NCBI RefSeq assembly: GCF_014396165.1
Contig: NZ_CP060715.1
Location: forward strand, 870,001-902,000
Length of the DNA: 32,000 bases
Direction of reading: 5' to 3'
Source of the DNA: Erysipelothrix inopinata
GTDB taxonomy: Bacteria; Bacillota_I; Bacilli_A; Erysipelotrichales; Erysipelotrichaceae
Shown here: positions 8,267 to 16,673 of the stretch, in pieces
Numbering within the stretch: the stretch's first letter is position 1
Layout: every line of letters starts with the position of its first letter
Notes under the pieces: model-generated
Told to the model about the DNA's origin: nothing
Databases searched by the model: none
Seen by the model: only the letters and a program-made list of their open reading frames with translations
Translations under genes and position numbers: made by a program

Positions 8267-9307
8267 ATGAAAGAATTAATAAAGAAACGGAAGCGAAATG
8301 CTAATCGAATCATTTGGATTACATTAGCGATTATTGTAGGATTGTCAATTATTATGGCTGGTCCCGCAAACCAAGTTTTGAATTCATATAAGTCATTTCA
8401 AGCTAAAAATGTTGATGAAATTATGTCACTTTACGACACTTTAGAATCAGGGAAGCCAGCTCGAATTAAGACAAATGGTCTTGATGACAGTGGTTATTAC
8501 TATGGTAGTAAGAATAAAGCGGATTTCACATATACGCTTGCTTATTTTGATGATTATATCGTTATTGTTAAGCAACCAGGCTATGATAAGTATCTTAACT
8601 TATTTGATGATGAGGGAAGTATTGTTGTTGAGAACATCAAGCAAACAAGTATTTCTCAAGAAGGTCAAGATCGCATCATTGAAGACTTCGCTGAATACCT
8701 TGAAGTCGAACCTGAAGAGATGGAAAATGCGTTCTACCCATTTGTTGTGGGAGCCGTAGGAATTACAAGCTATTCAACAATTTATCTTGTATCAATAAGT
8801 GCAGTATTTATAGTTGGATTGGCATTGTTCCTATATAAACATTATCGTGCTCTAAATGATCTTGAAAAAGAATTTAGTGCAGAAGAAATGGATCGCATCG
8901 ATGAAGAAATGCACGATGCATTATTTAGACATAAGAATATGGTCTTAACACCCCACTATTTAATTTGTTTTCAAGGAATGGATATCAAACGACAAGTCAT
9001 TCCTATAGACTCACTTGGATGGGTTTATAAAATTATCACTACGACACGTTTTTACGGTATTCGTACTGGAAGTACTTATGCACTTCAAATATGTATTAAT
9101 CATTCTAAAAAGGAACTCACGATTAATATGAGTGAAGCAGATGTTGAAAGAGTGATTGAATTCTTAAGTGCAATGGATACAAAAGCAGTGCTTGGTTTCC
9201 ACAAATCATTTAGAGGTGCATGGAACCGTAGCCGTGATGTAAACCAATTCCGAGAGGAAATTGGTATTGATAATATCGTAGATGACGAAAGTGAAGCAAC
9301 TGCATAA
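8267..9307 (+). CDS. Hypothetical membrane protein (N-terminal TM, ~130-aa external region, second hydrophobic region, ~150-aa C-terminal domain)
   Basis: 346-aa ORF with AAAGGTGG RBS. Hydrophobic segments are IIWITLAIIVGLSIIMAG and IYLVSISAVFIVGLALFLY. I recognise no family with confidence. Confidence 0.8.
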   Translation: MKELIKKRKRNANRIIWITLAIIVGLSIIMAGPANQVLNSYKSFQAKNVDEIMSLYDTLESGKPARIKTNGLDDSGYYYGSKNKADFTYTLAYFDDYIVIVKQPGYDKYLNLFDDEGSIVVENIKQTSISQEGQDRIIEDFAEYLEVEPEEMENAFYPFVVGAVGITSYSTIYLVSISAVFIVGLALFLYKHYRALNDLEKEFSAEEMDRIDEEMHDALFRHKNMVLTPHYLICFQGMDIKRQVIPIDSLGWVYKIITTTRFYGIRTGSTYALQICINHSKKELTINMSEADVERVIEFLSAMDTKAVLGFHKSFRGAWNRSRDVNQFREEIGIDNIVDDESEATA

Positions 9308-9357
9308 CGTTTCGCATCTAAAAGATATATAATAGTTAATATTTATAGGAGGATTAT

Positions 9358-9738
9358 ATGAACTATTTAAAGAGTTACTTCGACCATATGTTCAACAGTC
9401 AAGGTCGTATTTCACGTCATGATTTCTGGATGACAATGTTATGGGTAATGTTATTTAACTTTGGGGTTAATATTATTTTAGGGATTGTGAGTTCAATGAT
9501 TGGGAAAGTTGTGAAACTTCCAACCCTAATGTACATTGTAGTTACAACAATTACAATTATCATGTTGTTATCAACAATTTCTATGCAAATCCGTCGTCTT
9601 CACGACACTGGAAAATCAACATTATTCATCTTCTTTAACTTAATTCCAGTTATTGGTCAATTCATTGTTATTTACTTCTACTGCTTACCAGGCGATGTAA
9701 ATGCAAACGATTATGGCTATCCTGAAACAGTTAATTAA
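9358..9738 (+). CDS. DUF805 domain-containing inner-membrane protein (YhaH/YhaI-like)
   Basis: DUF805 signatures GRISRHDFW and MQIRRLHDTGKS, three or four hydrophobic segments, AGGAGG RBS. Confidence 0.88.
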   Translation: MNYLKSYFDHMFNSQGRISRHDFWMTMLWVMLFNFGVNIILGIVSSMIGKVVKLPTLMYIVVTTITIIMLLSTISMQIRRLHDTGKSTLFIFFNLIPVIGQFIVIYFYCLPGDVNANDYGYPETVN

Positions 9739-9744
9739 GTATTA

Positions 9745-9776
9745 AAGTTGTAGTTCTTAAGAATTACAACTTTTTT
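9745..9776 (+). terminator. Rho-independent terminator
   Basis: aagttgtagttc-ttaa-gaattacaactt hairpin (one G:T pair) followed by TTTTTT. Confidence 0.7.
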
Positions 9777-9845
9777 AATATCATCATTAAGCTGTGACCT
9801 TGGTAAATATGTTAAAGTGTATCTAACGAAAAGAAGGTGTCGATA

Positions 9846-10205
9846 ATGAATGTTGAAATCATGATATATGTTAATAATGAAATTGAAAATGCGAAGTTCT
9901 TTCAACAAGCACTTGGAGGATTTTTAAATGAAGAGGCAATGTTCGATGAGTCGAAGAAGATGACGTTAATCCTTGAAGACTCAGTTAGCCTTGTATTCTT
10001 TAAAAGAAGTTTTATTGAACAGGTTTCACCGGAAGTATTAAACAATAGTCCTTCACTTTTATTTCAAGTAGATAATGTTGAAGAAGTGTACCAAAGAATT
10101 AAAAACTTAAATCAGAATATAAGTGAACTAAGTAATATAGAATCTAAACGTACTTTTAATTTTTCAGACTTAGAAAATAATTACTACGCAATTATAGAAA
10201 AATAA
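9846..10205 (+). CDS. Small VOC (glyoxalase/bleomycin-resistance-like) family protein, tentative
   Basis: ~119 aa. The beta-alpha-beta-beta-beta-like pattern and size fit a VOC fold, but this is weak by eye. ATG 9846 is better spaced from AGAAGG than the GTG at 9837 in the ORF track. Confidence 0.6.
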   Translation: MNVEIMIYVNNEIENAKFFQQALGGFLNEEAMFDESKKMTLILEDSVSLVFFKRSFIEQVSPEVLNNSPSLLFQVDNVEEVYQRIKNLNQNISELSNIESKRTFNFSDLENNYYAIIEK

Positions 10206-10221
10206 TATAGGTGATGAAAAC

Positions 10222-11013
10222 ATGATTAAACTTGATGATGAAAATAAAGAAGAATTAATTGAATTTTTAAATCGAGATCCATATACAAATCTATTTTTGA
10301 TTGGTGATCTTTTTGCATTTGGTTTTAATGATTCAATCCAAAGATACTACGGATTTTATGAGGGTGGAAGACTAGAGTGTGTCTTGTTTCGCTTTAGAGA
10401 TGATAGCCTTCATGTCTATGGAAATATAACGGAAGAAGTGTTTGACGCTATTGAAACGTTGGTAGAGACCGAATCATTTCCTCGTATTTTTATGGGAGAA
10501 TCAACATGGAAACAAGTTGGTGATAGGTTGGATCATCTTATTGACATTAATCATGTTTCGATATTATCCGCATATAATCCTAAAGATATTAAATTAGATT
10601 CAGGAAGAGCGAGAGTCCTCACAGAAGATGATGCACAAGCAAGTGTTCAACTTTTAAATAAACATTTTGGTGGTAAACCGATACCTGTTGAACGATATCG
10701 TGATGAATTAATTTCTGGTGAACGTGTTTCATATGGGATTAAAGTTGATGGTAGATTAGTTTCAATCGCAAGTTATGTTGCGAAAACTAATGATGCTGCC
10801 ATGATCATTGGTGTTTGTACTGATGATGACCACCAAAAAAAAGGATATGCAAGTGAGATTGTTAAGTTGATGAGTGATGATTTATATGCACAAGGGCGCA
10901 AAGGGGTTCTATTTTATACAAATCCTTCAGCTGCAAGAATTTATGAAAGGCTCGGGTATGAGCCCTATGCACACTACCATATGATTGATCTTAAACGTTC
11001 GAAGGAAAAATAA
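10222..11013 (+). CDS. GNAT family N-acetyltransferase (two-domain, 263 aa)
   Basis: C-terminal acetyl-CoA binding motif (IIGVCTDDDHQKKGYASEIVKLM...ARIYERLGYEP). Confidence 0.85.
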   Translation: MIKLDDENKEELIEFLNRDPYTNLFLIGDLFAFGFNDSIQRYYGFYEGGRLECVLFRFRDDSLHVYGNITEEVFDAIETLVETESFPRIFMGESTWKQVGDRLDHLIDINHVSILSAYNPKDIKLDSGRARVLTEDDAQASVQLLNKHFGGKPIPVERYRDELISGERVSYGIKVDGRLVSIASYVAKTNDAAMIIGVCTDDDHQKKGYASEIVKLMSDDLYAQGRKGVLFYTNPSAARIYERLGYEPYAHYHMIDLKRSKEK

Positions 11014-11024
11014 ATTCGAAAATG

Positions 11025-11053
11025 TTGACAAACACATTCTTAAGTTTTAAACT
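11025..11053 (+). promoter_or_regulatory. Sigma-A-type promoter upstream of the ABC-F gene
   Basis: TTGACA (11025-11030), 17 nt spacer, TAAACT (11048-11053). This leaves a ~90-nt leader before ATG 11149. Confidence 0.6.
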
Positions 11054-11096
11054 TTATTTGACTAGAAAGGTAGCAAATCGCTATCCGGTGACACTA

Positions 11097-11126
11097 ATGG
11101 GAGAAAACTCTGTAGATAAAAAATAA
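11097..11126 (+). CDS. Candidate 9-codon leader peptide (MGENSVDKK) in the ABC-F 5' leader
   Basis: GGTGA lies 5 nt upstream of ATG 11097. The stop TAA (11124-11126) lies 5 nt before the ABC-F RBS GAGAGGAG. Speculative. Confidence 0.3.
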   Translation: MGENSVDKK

Positions 11127-11148
11127 TTATACGAGAGGAGTTTTTACC

Positions 11149-12621
11149 ATGTTTACATTTAGTGTTGCAATAAACACACAACAAGGGCGCGAACTCATTG
11201 CGCCTTTTTCTATGTCCGTAAATCAAAATGATAAAATCGCGATTATCGGAGAAGAAGGGAGTGGCAAGTCCCTATTACTCAAAACTTTGTCAAGAAGTCC
11301 GTTAACTGATTTAGTTGTAGACTTTCAAATAAGTCATGATATTTCGTTTTACAGACTTCAACAAGATATTGCAGTTGAAGAAGAATCATTAACCTTACTA
11401 GAATACGTCATTAATAATAATTGGGAACAATATGGCTTGTTTGCACAACATCAGCCGATTATCTTACCAGAATTAGAAGACGAAGATTTTGATCGTGAAC
11501 TTCACAGTTTTAGTGGTGGAGAGCGTGTTAAAATTCAAATTTTAAAAATGATACTTTCTGAAGCTGATGTTTATCTCTTGGATGAACCAACTAATAATTT
11601 AGATTTAGAATCACTACTTTGGCTTGAATCGTGGGTGGATTCGTGTGAACAACCTGTAATATTTGTATCTCATGATTTAGAGTTCATTCGTAATCTTGCA
11701 AATAAGGTAGTGCATTTTGAACACATTCATCGAAAATCACGATCTCAAGTGACGGTTTGGAATGGAACGTATGATGAATATATGAATCACCGCGAAAATT
11801 CAGCTAACAACACAAATCAAAAAATTGATACTCAAAAAAGAGAACAAAATATTAAGGATCAAAAGTGGCAGCGACAATATCAACAAGTGTCCCATCAACT
11901 TCAACATGTAGCCCGACAAGATCCGGGACTACAAAAGAAAATGAAAGCCTTGAAGGCAACGCGAAAACGATATGATCGCGAAGAGGTAAATTCAAAAGTA
12001 GAAGAGGAACGTTCAATACAACTTTCATTCGAGGATTTTTCAGGTGTGTTGCGACACTATAACTTAGAAGTTCCTCGTAATGACATTGACGGAAAACATC
12101 TTGGATCTAACTATTTACTCCATATTAGACCGGGAGAGAAGATTGCATTAACTGGAAATAATGGTGTTGGGAAAACAACACTACTCAAACAGTTCAAAAC
12201 TCAGTTGGAAAAGACTGCGAATGTTGGATATATGGGTCAAGCATATCTTGACCAACTAAACCTTGACTTAACGCCACTTGAAACCTGTCAGATTAATTCA
12301 GAAGTTGAACACATAAAAAAAGTAACCAATCATCTGACTTCTTTGAATCTTACGTATGACGAAATACATACGCCACTTAAATATTTATCGGGAGGGCAAC
12401 GAACAAAAGTGCTTTTATTGAAACTTGTTTTAAATCAATCCGACATTTTAGTGTTGGATGAACCATCGCGTAATTTAAGTTATCGCTCGCGTCTTGAGAT
12501 GATGTCACTCTTAAAAGAGTATCGAGGAAGCATTCTTTGTATCACTCATGACCGTGCATTAATTGAAGAAGTTATGGAAACATCCTACCAAGTTAGTGAA
12601 AATGGACTATTAGAAATATAA
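11149..12621 (+). CDS. ABC-F family ATPase (two tandem ABC domains, no transmembrane domain)
   Basis: NBD1: GEEGSGKS, FSGGERVKI, LLDEPTNNLD, VSHD. A Q/K/R-rich linker follows. NBD2: GNNGVGKTT, LSGGQRTKV, VLDEPSRNLS, ITHD. 490 aa. Confidence 0.9.
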   Translation: MFTFSVAINTQQGRELIAPFSMSVNQNDKIAIIGEEGSGKSLLLKTLSRSPLTDLVVDFQISHDISFYRLQQDIAVEEESLTLLEYVINNNWEQYGLFAQHQPIILPELEDEDFDRELHSFSGGERVKIQILKMILSEADVYLLDEPTNNLDLESLLWLESWVDSCEQPVIFVSHDLEFIRNLANKVVHFEHIHRKSRSQVTVWNGTYDEYMNHRENSANNTNQKIDTQKREQNIKDQKWQRQYQQVSHQLQHVARQDPGLQKKMKALKATRKRYDREEVNSKVEEERSIQLSFEDFSGVLRHYNLEVPRNDIDGKHLGSNYLLHIRPGEKIALTGNNGVGKTTLLKQFKTQLEKTANVGYMGQAYLDQLNLDLTPLETCQINSEVEHIKKVTNHLTSLNLTYDEIHTPLKYLSGGQRTKVLLLKLVLNQSDILVLDEPSRNLSYRSRLEMMSLLKEYRGSILCITHDRALIEEVMETSYQVSENGLLEI

Positions 12622-12645
12622 AAAAGAGCCGAAGCTCTTTTTTTA
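12621..12645. terminator. Bidirectional terminator between convergent genes
   Basis: aaaaagagc-cgaa-gctcttttt perfect hairpin with A-run and T-run flanks. Confidence 0.75.
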
Positions 12646-13821
12646 TAATACAAGTGGTTTTTTCTCAACTAGTTCTCCTTCAACAAGAATTTGGACTTCG
12701 TACTCATTTCCTTTTGACATAAGGTACTTAAAGAATTCAGTAGCATCGAGGAATCCTTCTGGTCCAAAGAGGCCAATGGCTTTGCCTTTATTATGGGCAA
12801 GAGTTTGTGCTGCGAATGAGCAAGGGAGTGCAGTTGACATATTCATACGTCCCATTCTCGAAAATTTATACTCGGTTTTCTTTCCATCTTTCATACCAAT
12901 CACATGAACTTGCGATGCACTACCAATATCGTCTTCTGGAGCAATATCTTCTGGCTCGACATTTTGAGAAATATCAGTGACGAGATCTACAATTAAGTCA
13001 TCACGATTCATATCTTGACCATTAATATGGATTGGTTTATCGAGTGTTAGCCCAACTTGTTCGAACATTTTGTAGAATGAAATATCCGAACCGATTGGCC
13101 ACAAGTTACCGCGATTTGTCACCGTTTTGACACCAGGAATTGAACGGGAAAGTGTGAGGGGTTCACCGTGCCCAACATAATAAATTGGATAGGAACCTAA
13201 CTTACCTCCAAAGTCGACATCCACTTTTCCAGAGACACTTTCAACTTCTGTAAGCTTTCCGTCTAAAAATTGTGGACATGTTCCTGTAGACATTTCAATA
13301 GCATGCCATAGTGTAGCACCTGCTGCTTGGGTACTTCCTACAGTACTTACAACCCAGTTAGTATGAATTTCATCCGTACGGTCAAGTAATTCTGAACCAA
13401 GTTTACCAAACATATTGGTAGATCCAGGGCTTGCACCTGCGCAGATAATTGCAGTGATACCTGCTTCTTTACATGCATCTTCATAACCTAATAACATTGT
13501 TACTGCAGAAGAGTCATCAGCGATATCAACATAATCAATTTTTTCTTTAATACATGCTTCAATGATATGGCGTGCTGTTTTGTAAAACGGTCCAGTCGCA
13601 TTTACGATAACATCATAATCACGAATCACATCTCTTAAGCGTGTTTCATCATAGATGTCGACATGAACAGCTTCAGCCTTTACGCCAATCTTTTTCGCAA
13701 CGTCTTGCGCTCTTTCTAAATTAATATCCCCAACTCCAACTCGAGTTGTATCATCGGCGGTAGCTATGTCGGAAGCAATACCAGAACCGACACCACCCGC
13801 ACCAATTACTAAATATTTCAT
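12643..13821 (-). CDS. Saccharopine dehydrogenase family NAD(P)-binding protein
   Basis: N-terminal Rossmann motif (MKYLVIGAGGVGSGIASD). Length (392 aa) and overall pattern are typical of the saccharopine dehydrogenase / carboxynorspermidine-dehydrogenase-like family. Confidence 0.85.
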   Translation of the reverse strand: MKYLVIGAGGVGSGIASDIATADDTTRVGVGDINLERAQDVAKKIGVKAEAVHVDIYDETRLRDVIRDYDVIVNATGPFYKTARHIIEACIKEKIDYVDIADDSSAVTMLLGYEDACKEAGITAIICAGASPGSTNMFGKLGSELLDRTDEIHTNWVVSTVGSTQAAGATLWHAIEMSTGTCPQFLDGKLTEVESVSGKVDVDFGGKLGSYPIYYVGHGEPLTLSRSIPGVKTVTNRGNLWPIGSDISFYKMFEQVGLTLDKPIHINGQDMNRDDLIVDLVTDISQNVEPEDIAPEDDIGSASQVHVIGMKDGKKTEYKFSRMGRMNMSTALPCSFAAQTLAHNKGKAIGLFGPEGFLDATEFFKYLMSKGNEYEVQILVEGELVEKKPLVL

Positions 13822-13972
13822 ACAATACCTACCTTTCGTATCTCTACCGTAACGCTAATTACACTTAAACTCAAATGAGATGTAAGCGATATCAACCCTT
13901 TTATAGATAAGTTTGTGAAAATTGGTAGAAGTATGTTAAAAAGAGGATGGTATGTTAAACGTGTGCAGGAAA

Positions 13973-14005
13973 TCACAAATACGGCGTAATAACAATTTGT
14001 TTCAT
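13973..14005 (-). CDS. Candidate 10-codon uORF (MKQIVITPYL) with a consensus Shine-Dalgarno
   Basis: Minus strand reads AGAAGGAGG, 6 nt spacer, ATG (14005-14003), stop TGA (13975-13973). It lies ~150 nt upstream of the saccharopine-dehydrogenase-like start. Speculative. Confidence 0.3.
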   Translation of the reverse strand: MKQIVITPYL

Positions 14006-14108
14006 AGACAACCTCCTTCTCTTTAACGCACCTTAAATCCTATGGCGTAAAGCATGCGTGATTGTGAACACTATGATATGATTAGTGCCGTAGAATTGAG
14101 GGATAGAT

Positions 14109-14903
14109 TTGGAACCAATTACAACTTATGATGGCTACACCATCAACTATCAATACAGTCCTGTTGAGGATGCTAAGGCAACCGTCATTTTCAGTCATGG
14201 CTTTGTGGAGTATTCGGCACATTACTCCAAGCTCGCATCACAACTTAATGCGTACGGATTTAATGTATTCAAATATGATTTGCGAGGTCATGGTCGAACA
14301 ACGGCTCCACTGGGAGATCTTGAGGCATATGAGGATTTTGCACTCGATCTTAACGAGTGTGTTCAGTGGGTAAAAGATAAAGACAGCACACTTCCGATTT
14401 ATACAATGGGATTTAGTATGGGTGGGATGATTACCGCATTATACGGAATTCTATATCCTTACGAAGTATCGGGACAAATCTTATTAGGAGCAGGGTTATC
14501 CATTGCGAGTCAATTTAATGATGTAACTGATGATGAAATCTCGGTGTTGAAATTTTTAGAAATGATGGGAACTACCGGTGATGGTGGTATTCGCCAACTG
14601 ATTGCAATGGATTCGCCATACGTCATAAAAAAAACGACACGCAGATTTTTAGTCGAAAGCTTGGTTAAAGCACCAACTTTTATTCAAGAAAATTATGCTA
14701 TGTACCAACTACCAGTTTTATTAATTCATGGGCAACAAGATCCGATCATCACTTACAAGGGGAGTCAAAAATTTTATGATGAGATTGCAAGTGACGATAA
14801 AGAAATACTAATTTATCCAGAATATGAACATGACTTACTCCGAATTCCAGATGCGCCTAAAATAATTGCCGTTATAGCGGAATGGATTAATCGTCATTTA
14901 TAA
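14109..14903 (+). CDS. Alpha/beta hydrolase (lysophospholipase / monoacylglycerol-lipase-like)
   Basis: TTG start 5 nt after GAGGGA is the only in-frame start after the stop at 14097. Motifs: HGF oxyanion motif, GFSMGG nucleophile elbow, HGQQDP, C-terminal EYEHDLL. Confidence 0.85.
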   Translation: MEPITTYDGYTINYQYSPVEDAKATVIFSHGFVEYSAHYSKLASQLNAYGFNVFKYDLRGHGRTTAPLGDLEAYEDFALDLNECVQWVKDKDSTLPIYTMGFSMGGMITALYGILYPYEVSGQILLGAGLSIASQFNDVTDDEISVLKFLEMMGTTGDGGIRQLIAMDSPYVIKKTTRRFLVESLVKAPTFIQENYAMYQLPVLLIHGQQDPIITYKGSQKFYDEIASDDKEILIYPEYEHDLLRIPDAPKIIAVIAEWINRHL

Positions 14904-14932
14904 CATCTTATAGTAACTATAAGGTGTTTTTT
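14904..14932 (+). terminator. Rho-independent terminator
   Basis: catcttata-gtaac-tataaggtg hairpin followed by TTTTTT. Confidence 0.65.
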
Positions 14933-14976
14933 ATTACTACCGTTAATTGTACCTACAACTTTTATTGTTAATTACC

Positions 14977-14990
14977 TGAAAACGCTTGCG
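14977..14990 (+). promoter_or_regulatory. Candidate catabolite-responsive element (cre, CcpA site)
   Basis: TGAAAACGCTTGCG matches the cre pattern TGNAANCGNWNNCW at 13 of 14 positions and overlaps the putative -35 of the PTS operon promoter. Confidence 0.4.
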
Positions 14991-15013
14991 GTATAAATTT
15001 TTTGTGGTATATT
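14986..15013 (+). promoter_or_regulatory. Candidate promoter of the PTS EIIC / DUF871 / GntR operon
   Basis: TTGCGG (14986-14991), 16 nt spacer, TATATT (15008-15013). Confidence 0.4.
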
Positions 15014-15024
15014 ATAACTGTGGC

Positions 15025-15040
15025 TGTGGTATAGACCATA
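15025..15040 (+). promoter_or_regulatory. dre-like palindrome, candidate operator for the HutC-subfamily GntR regulator
   Basis: TGTGGTATAGACCATA has the core TGGT-ATAG-ACCA, resembling DasR/NagR-type operators (TGGTCTAGACCA). The half-site TGTGGTATA recurs 22 bp upstream (15003-15011), overlapping the -10. Confidence 0.55.
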
Positions 15041-15110
15041 AGATCTAAACATGTTAAGTGGTTTTTAACACAACCTTACTCAGATACATAGTTATCGAAG
15101 GAGAGGGAAA

Positions 15111-16430
15111 ATGGAAGTATTTACATCTTGGATGGAGAAACACTTTGTTCCTATCGCAGTCAAGATAGGTTCACAAAAACATCTTGTTGCTATTCGTGAT
15201 GCATTCGTAAGTATTATGCCTATTACTATGGCGGGTTCAGTAGCTGTTCTATTGAATGCGTTAGTACGTGACTTGCCAGCTAAGTTTGGCGGCGAAGGTA
15301 TTACTGAAGCATTTGGATGGTTAATCGGAATTAATGGTTATGTTTGGTGGGGAACTTTAGCAATGTTGGCATTAATCTTTGCTTACGCTATTGGTTATCA
15401 ATTAGCAAAAGCTTATGATGTTGATCCACTTGCTGGTGGATTAATCTCACTTGCTGCATTTATTGTTGTAACACCACAAGTTGCTTCAATTACACCGGAA
15501 GGTGCAACAGAAGCAGTTGTTGGTTGGGGATTCTTAAGCGTAGCGTATTTAGATGCTAAGGGACTCTTTACAGCATTAATCATTGGATTTATTTCTACTA
15601 TAATTTACGCAAAACTTATGAATAAAGATATTACTATTAAGTTACCGGATGAAGTACCACCAGCAGTATCACGTGCGTTTGCTTCAATCATTCCAGGTCT
15701 TGCAGCACTTTACTCAGTTGCATTACTTGCTTACTTAACAGGTACATATCTTGAAACAAGTATTGGTGACTTAATTCTTCAATATGTACAGGCACCATTC
15801 TTGAACATCTCACAAAGCTTGGGATCTGTTCTACTTGTTACAATCGCAGTATCGGTCTTCTGGTTCTTTGGACTTCACGGTACAAACGTTTTAGCACCAG
15901 CTTTAGATGGTGTTTACAAATCAGCATTAGTTGCGAATACAAATGCTTATAACTCAGGTACACCAATCAAAAATTTACCATACTTATGGACACGTGGTTC
16001 ATTCGATGCATACGCATGGATGGGTGGAGCAGGATGTACTTTAGCATTAATTGTCGCAATCTTTATCTTCTCAAAACGAAGTGAAGATCGTGCTGTAGCA
16101 CGTCTTAGTGTTGCAATGGGAGCATTCAATATCAACGAACCTGTTATCTTTGGTTTACCAATTGTATTGAACCCAATTTATATTATTCCTTGGATCTTAG
16201 TACCAACAATTCTAGTAATTATTGGTTACGCAGCAACAGCATGGGGCTTAGTGCCACCTGTATTCCTAGAAGTTCCTTGGGTAATGCCACCAGTGCTTTA
16301 TGCTTGGATGGCAACAGGATTCTCATTACCAGCAGCATTGTTATCACTTGTTAACTTTGCAATCGCAGTATTTATTTGGGGAATCTTCGTAGTTGTAGCG
16401 AATAAAGTTGAAATTAAAGAAGCTGCATAA
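15111..16430 (+). CDS. PTS sugar transporter subunit IIC, lactose/cellobiose (chitobiose) family
   Basis: 439 aa, about 10 hydrophobic segments. The N-terminus (MEKHFVPIAVKIGSQKHLVAIRDAFVSIMPITMAGS) and the GLHG / FGLPIVLNP motifs are typical of CelB/ChbC-type EIIC. Confidence 0.92.
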   Translation: MEVFTSWMEKHFVPIAVKIGSQKHLVAIRDAFVSIMPITMAGSVAVLLNALVRDLPAKFGGEGITEAFGWLIGINGYVWWGTLAMLALIFAYAIGYQLAKAYDVDPLAGGLISLAAFIVVTPQVASITPEGATEAVVGWGFLSVAYLDAKGLFTALIIGFISTIIYAKLMNKDITIKLPDEVPPAVSRAFASIIPGLAALYSVALLAYLTGTYLETSIGDLILQYVQAPFLNISQSLGSVLLVTIAVSVFWFFGLHGTNVLAPALDGVYKSALVANTNAYNSGTPIKNLPYLWTRGSFDAYAWMGGAGCTLALIVAIFIFSKRSEDRAVARLSVAMGAFNINEPVIFGLPIVLNPIYIIPWILVPTILVIIGYAATAWGLVPPVFLEVPWVMPPVLYAWMATGFSLPAALLSLVNFAIAVFIWGIFVVVANKVEIKEAA

Positions 16431-16456
16431 AAAAGTGTGTTAAAATAGAAGTATCA

Positions 16457-16486
16457 TTTAGAGAGGATTCTTCCTCTCTAAATTTG
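16457..16486 (+). terminator. Strong intra-operon hairpin (partial terminator or attenuator candidate)
   Basis: Perfect 11-bp stem tttagagagga / tcctctctaaa, loop ttct, followed by TTTG. Confidence 0.5.
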
Positions 16487-16529
16487 TCATTATTTAAACA
16501 ATATAACATCATAATCAAGGAGTATATTT

Positions 16530-16673
16530 ATGAAACAATGGTATCTATTTATATTAAGTATGGGCACGCTACTCATTATGTATTCATCGTTACAAAAGAA
16601 TGGTTTCATGATGATGCTGTCGGGGATCATCCTTGTGATCGTGAGTGTTGTATTGTTATATAAGAAGAAATAA
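16530..16673 (+). CDS. Small hydrophobic protein, 47 aa, two predicted TM segments (below the ORF-track cutoff)
   Basis: AAGGAG lies 7 nt upstream of ATG 16530. Sequence is MKQWYLFILSMGTLLIMYSSLQKNGFMMMLSGIILVIVSVVLLYKKK. It sits between the EIIC and DUF871 genes. Confidence 0.5.
   Translation: MKQWYLFILSMGTLLIMYSSLQKNGFMMMLSGIILVIVSVVLLYKKK

Noticed and set aside
8475-8759. 94-aa alternative-frame ORF inside the 346-aa gene; similarly 14128-14373 inside the hydrolase gene and 28554-28736 at the end of the second ABC gene
   Set aside because: These are same-strand out-of-frame ORFs nested in well-supported genes. They have no RBS and a biased composition (L/I/M/S-rich), typical of frame artefacts in AT-rich DNA.
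9837-9845. GTG 9837 as the start of the VOC-like gene, and GTG 26873 as the start of the second ABC gene
   Set aside because: The downstream ATGs (9846 and 26894) have better SD spacing. The alternatives cannot be excluded without proteomic or comparative data.
10835-10842. A8 homopolymer inside the GNAT gene (cac caa aaa aaa gga) as a possible slipped-strand phase-variation switch
   Set aside because: An 8-nt A tract encoding KK is common in AT-rich genomes and is below the lengths usually associated with phase variation. There is no supporting evidence.
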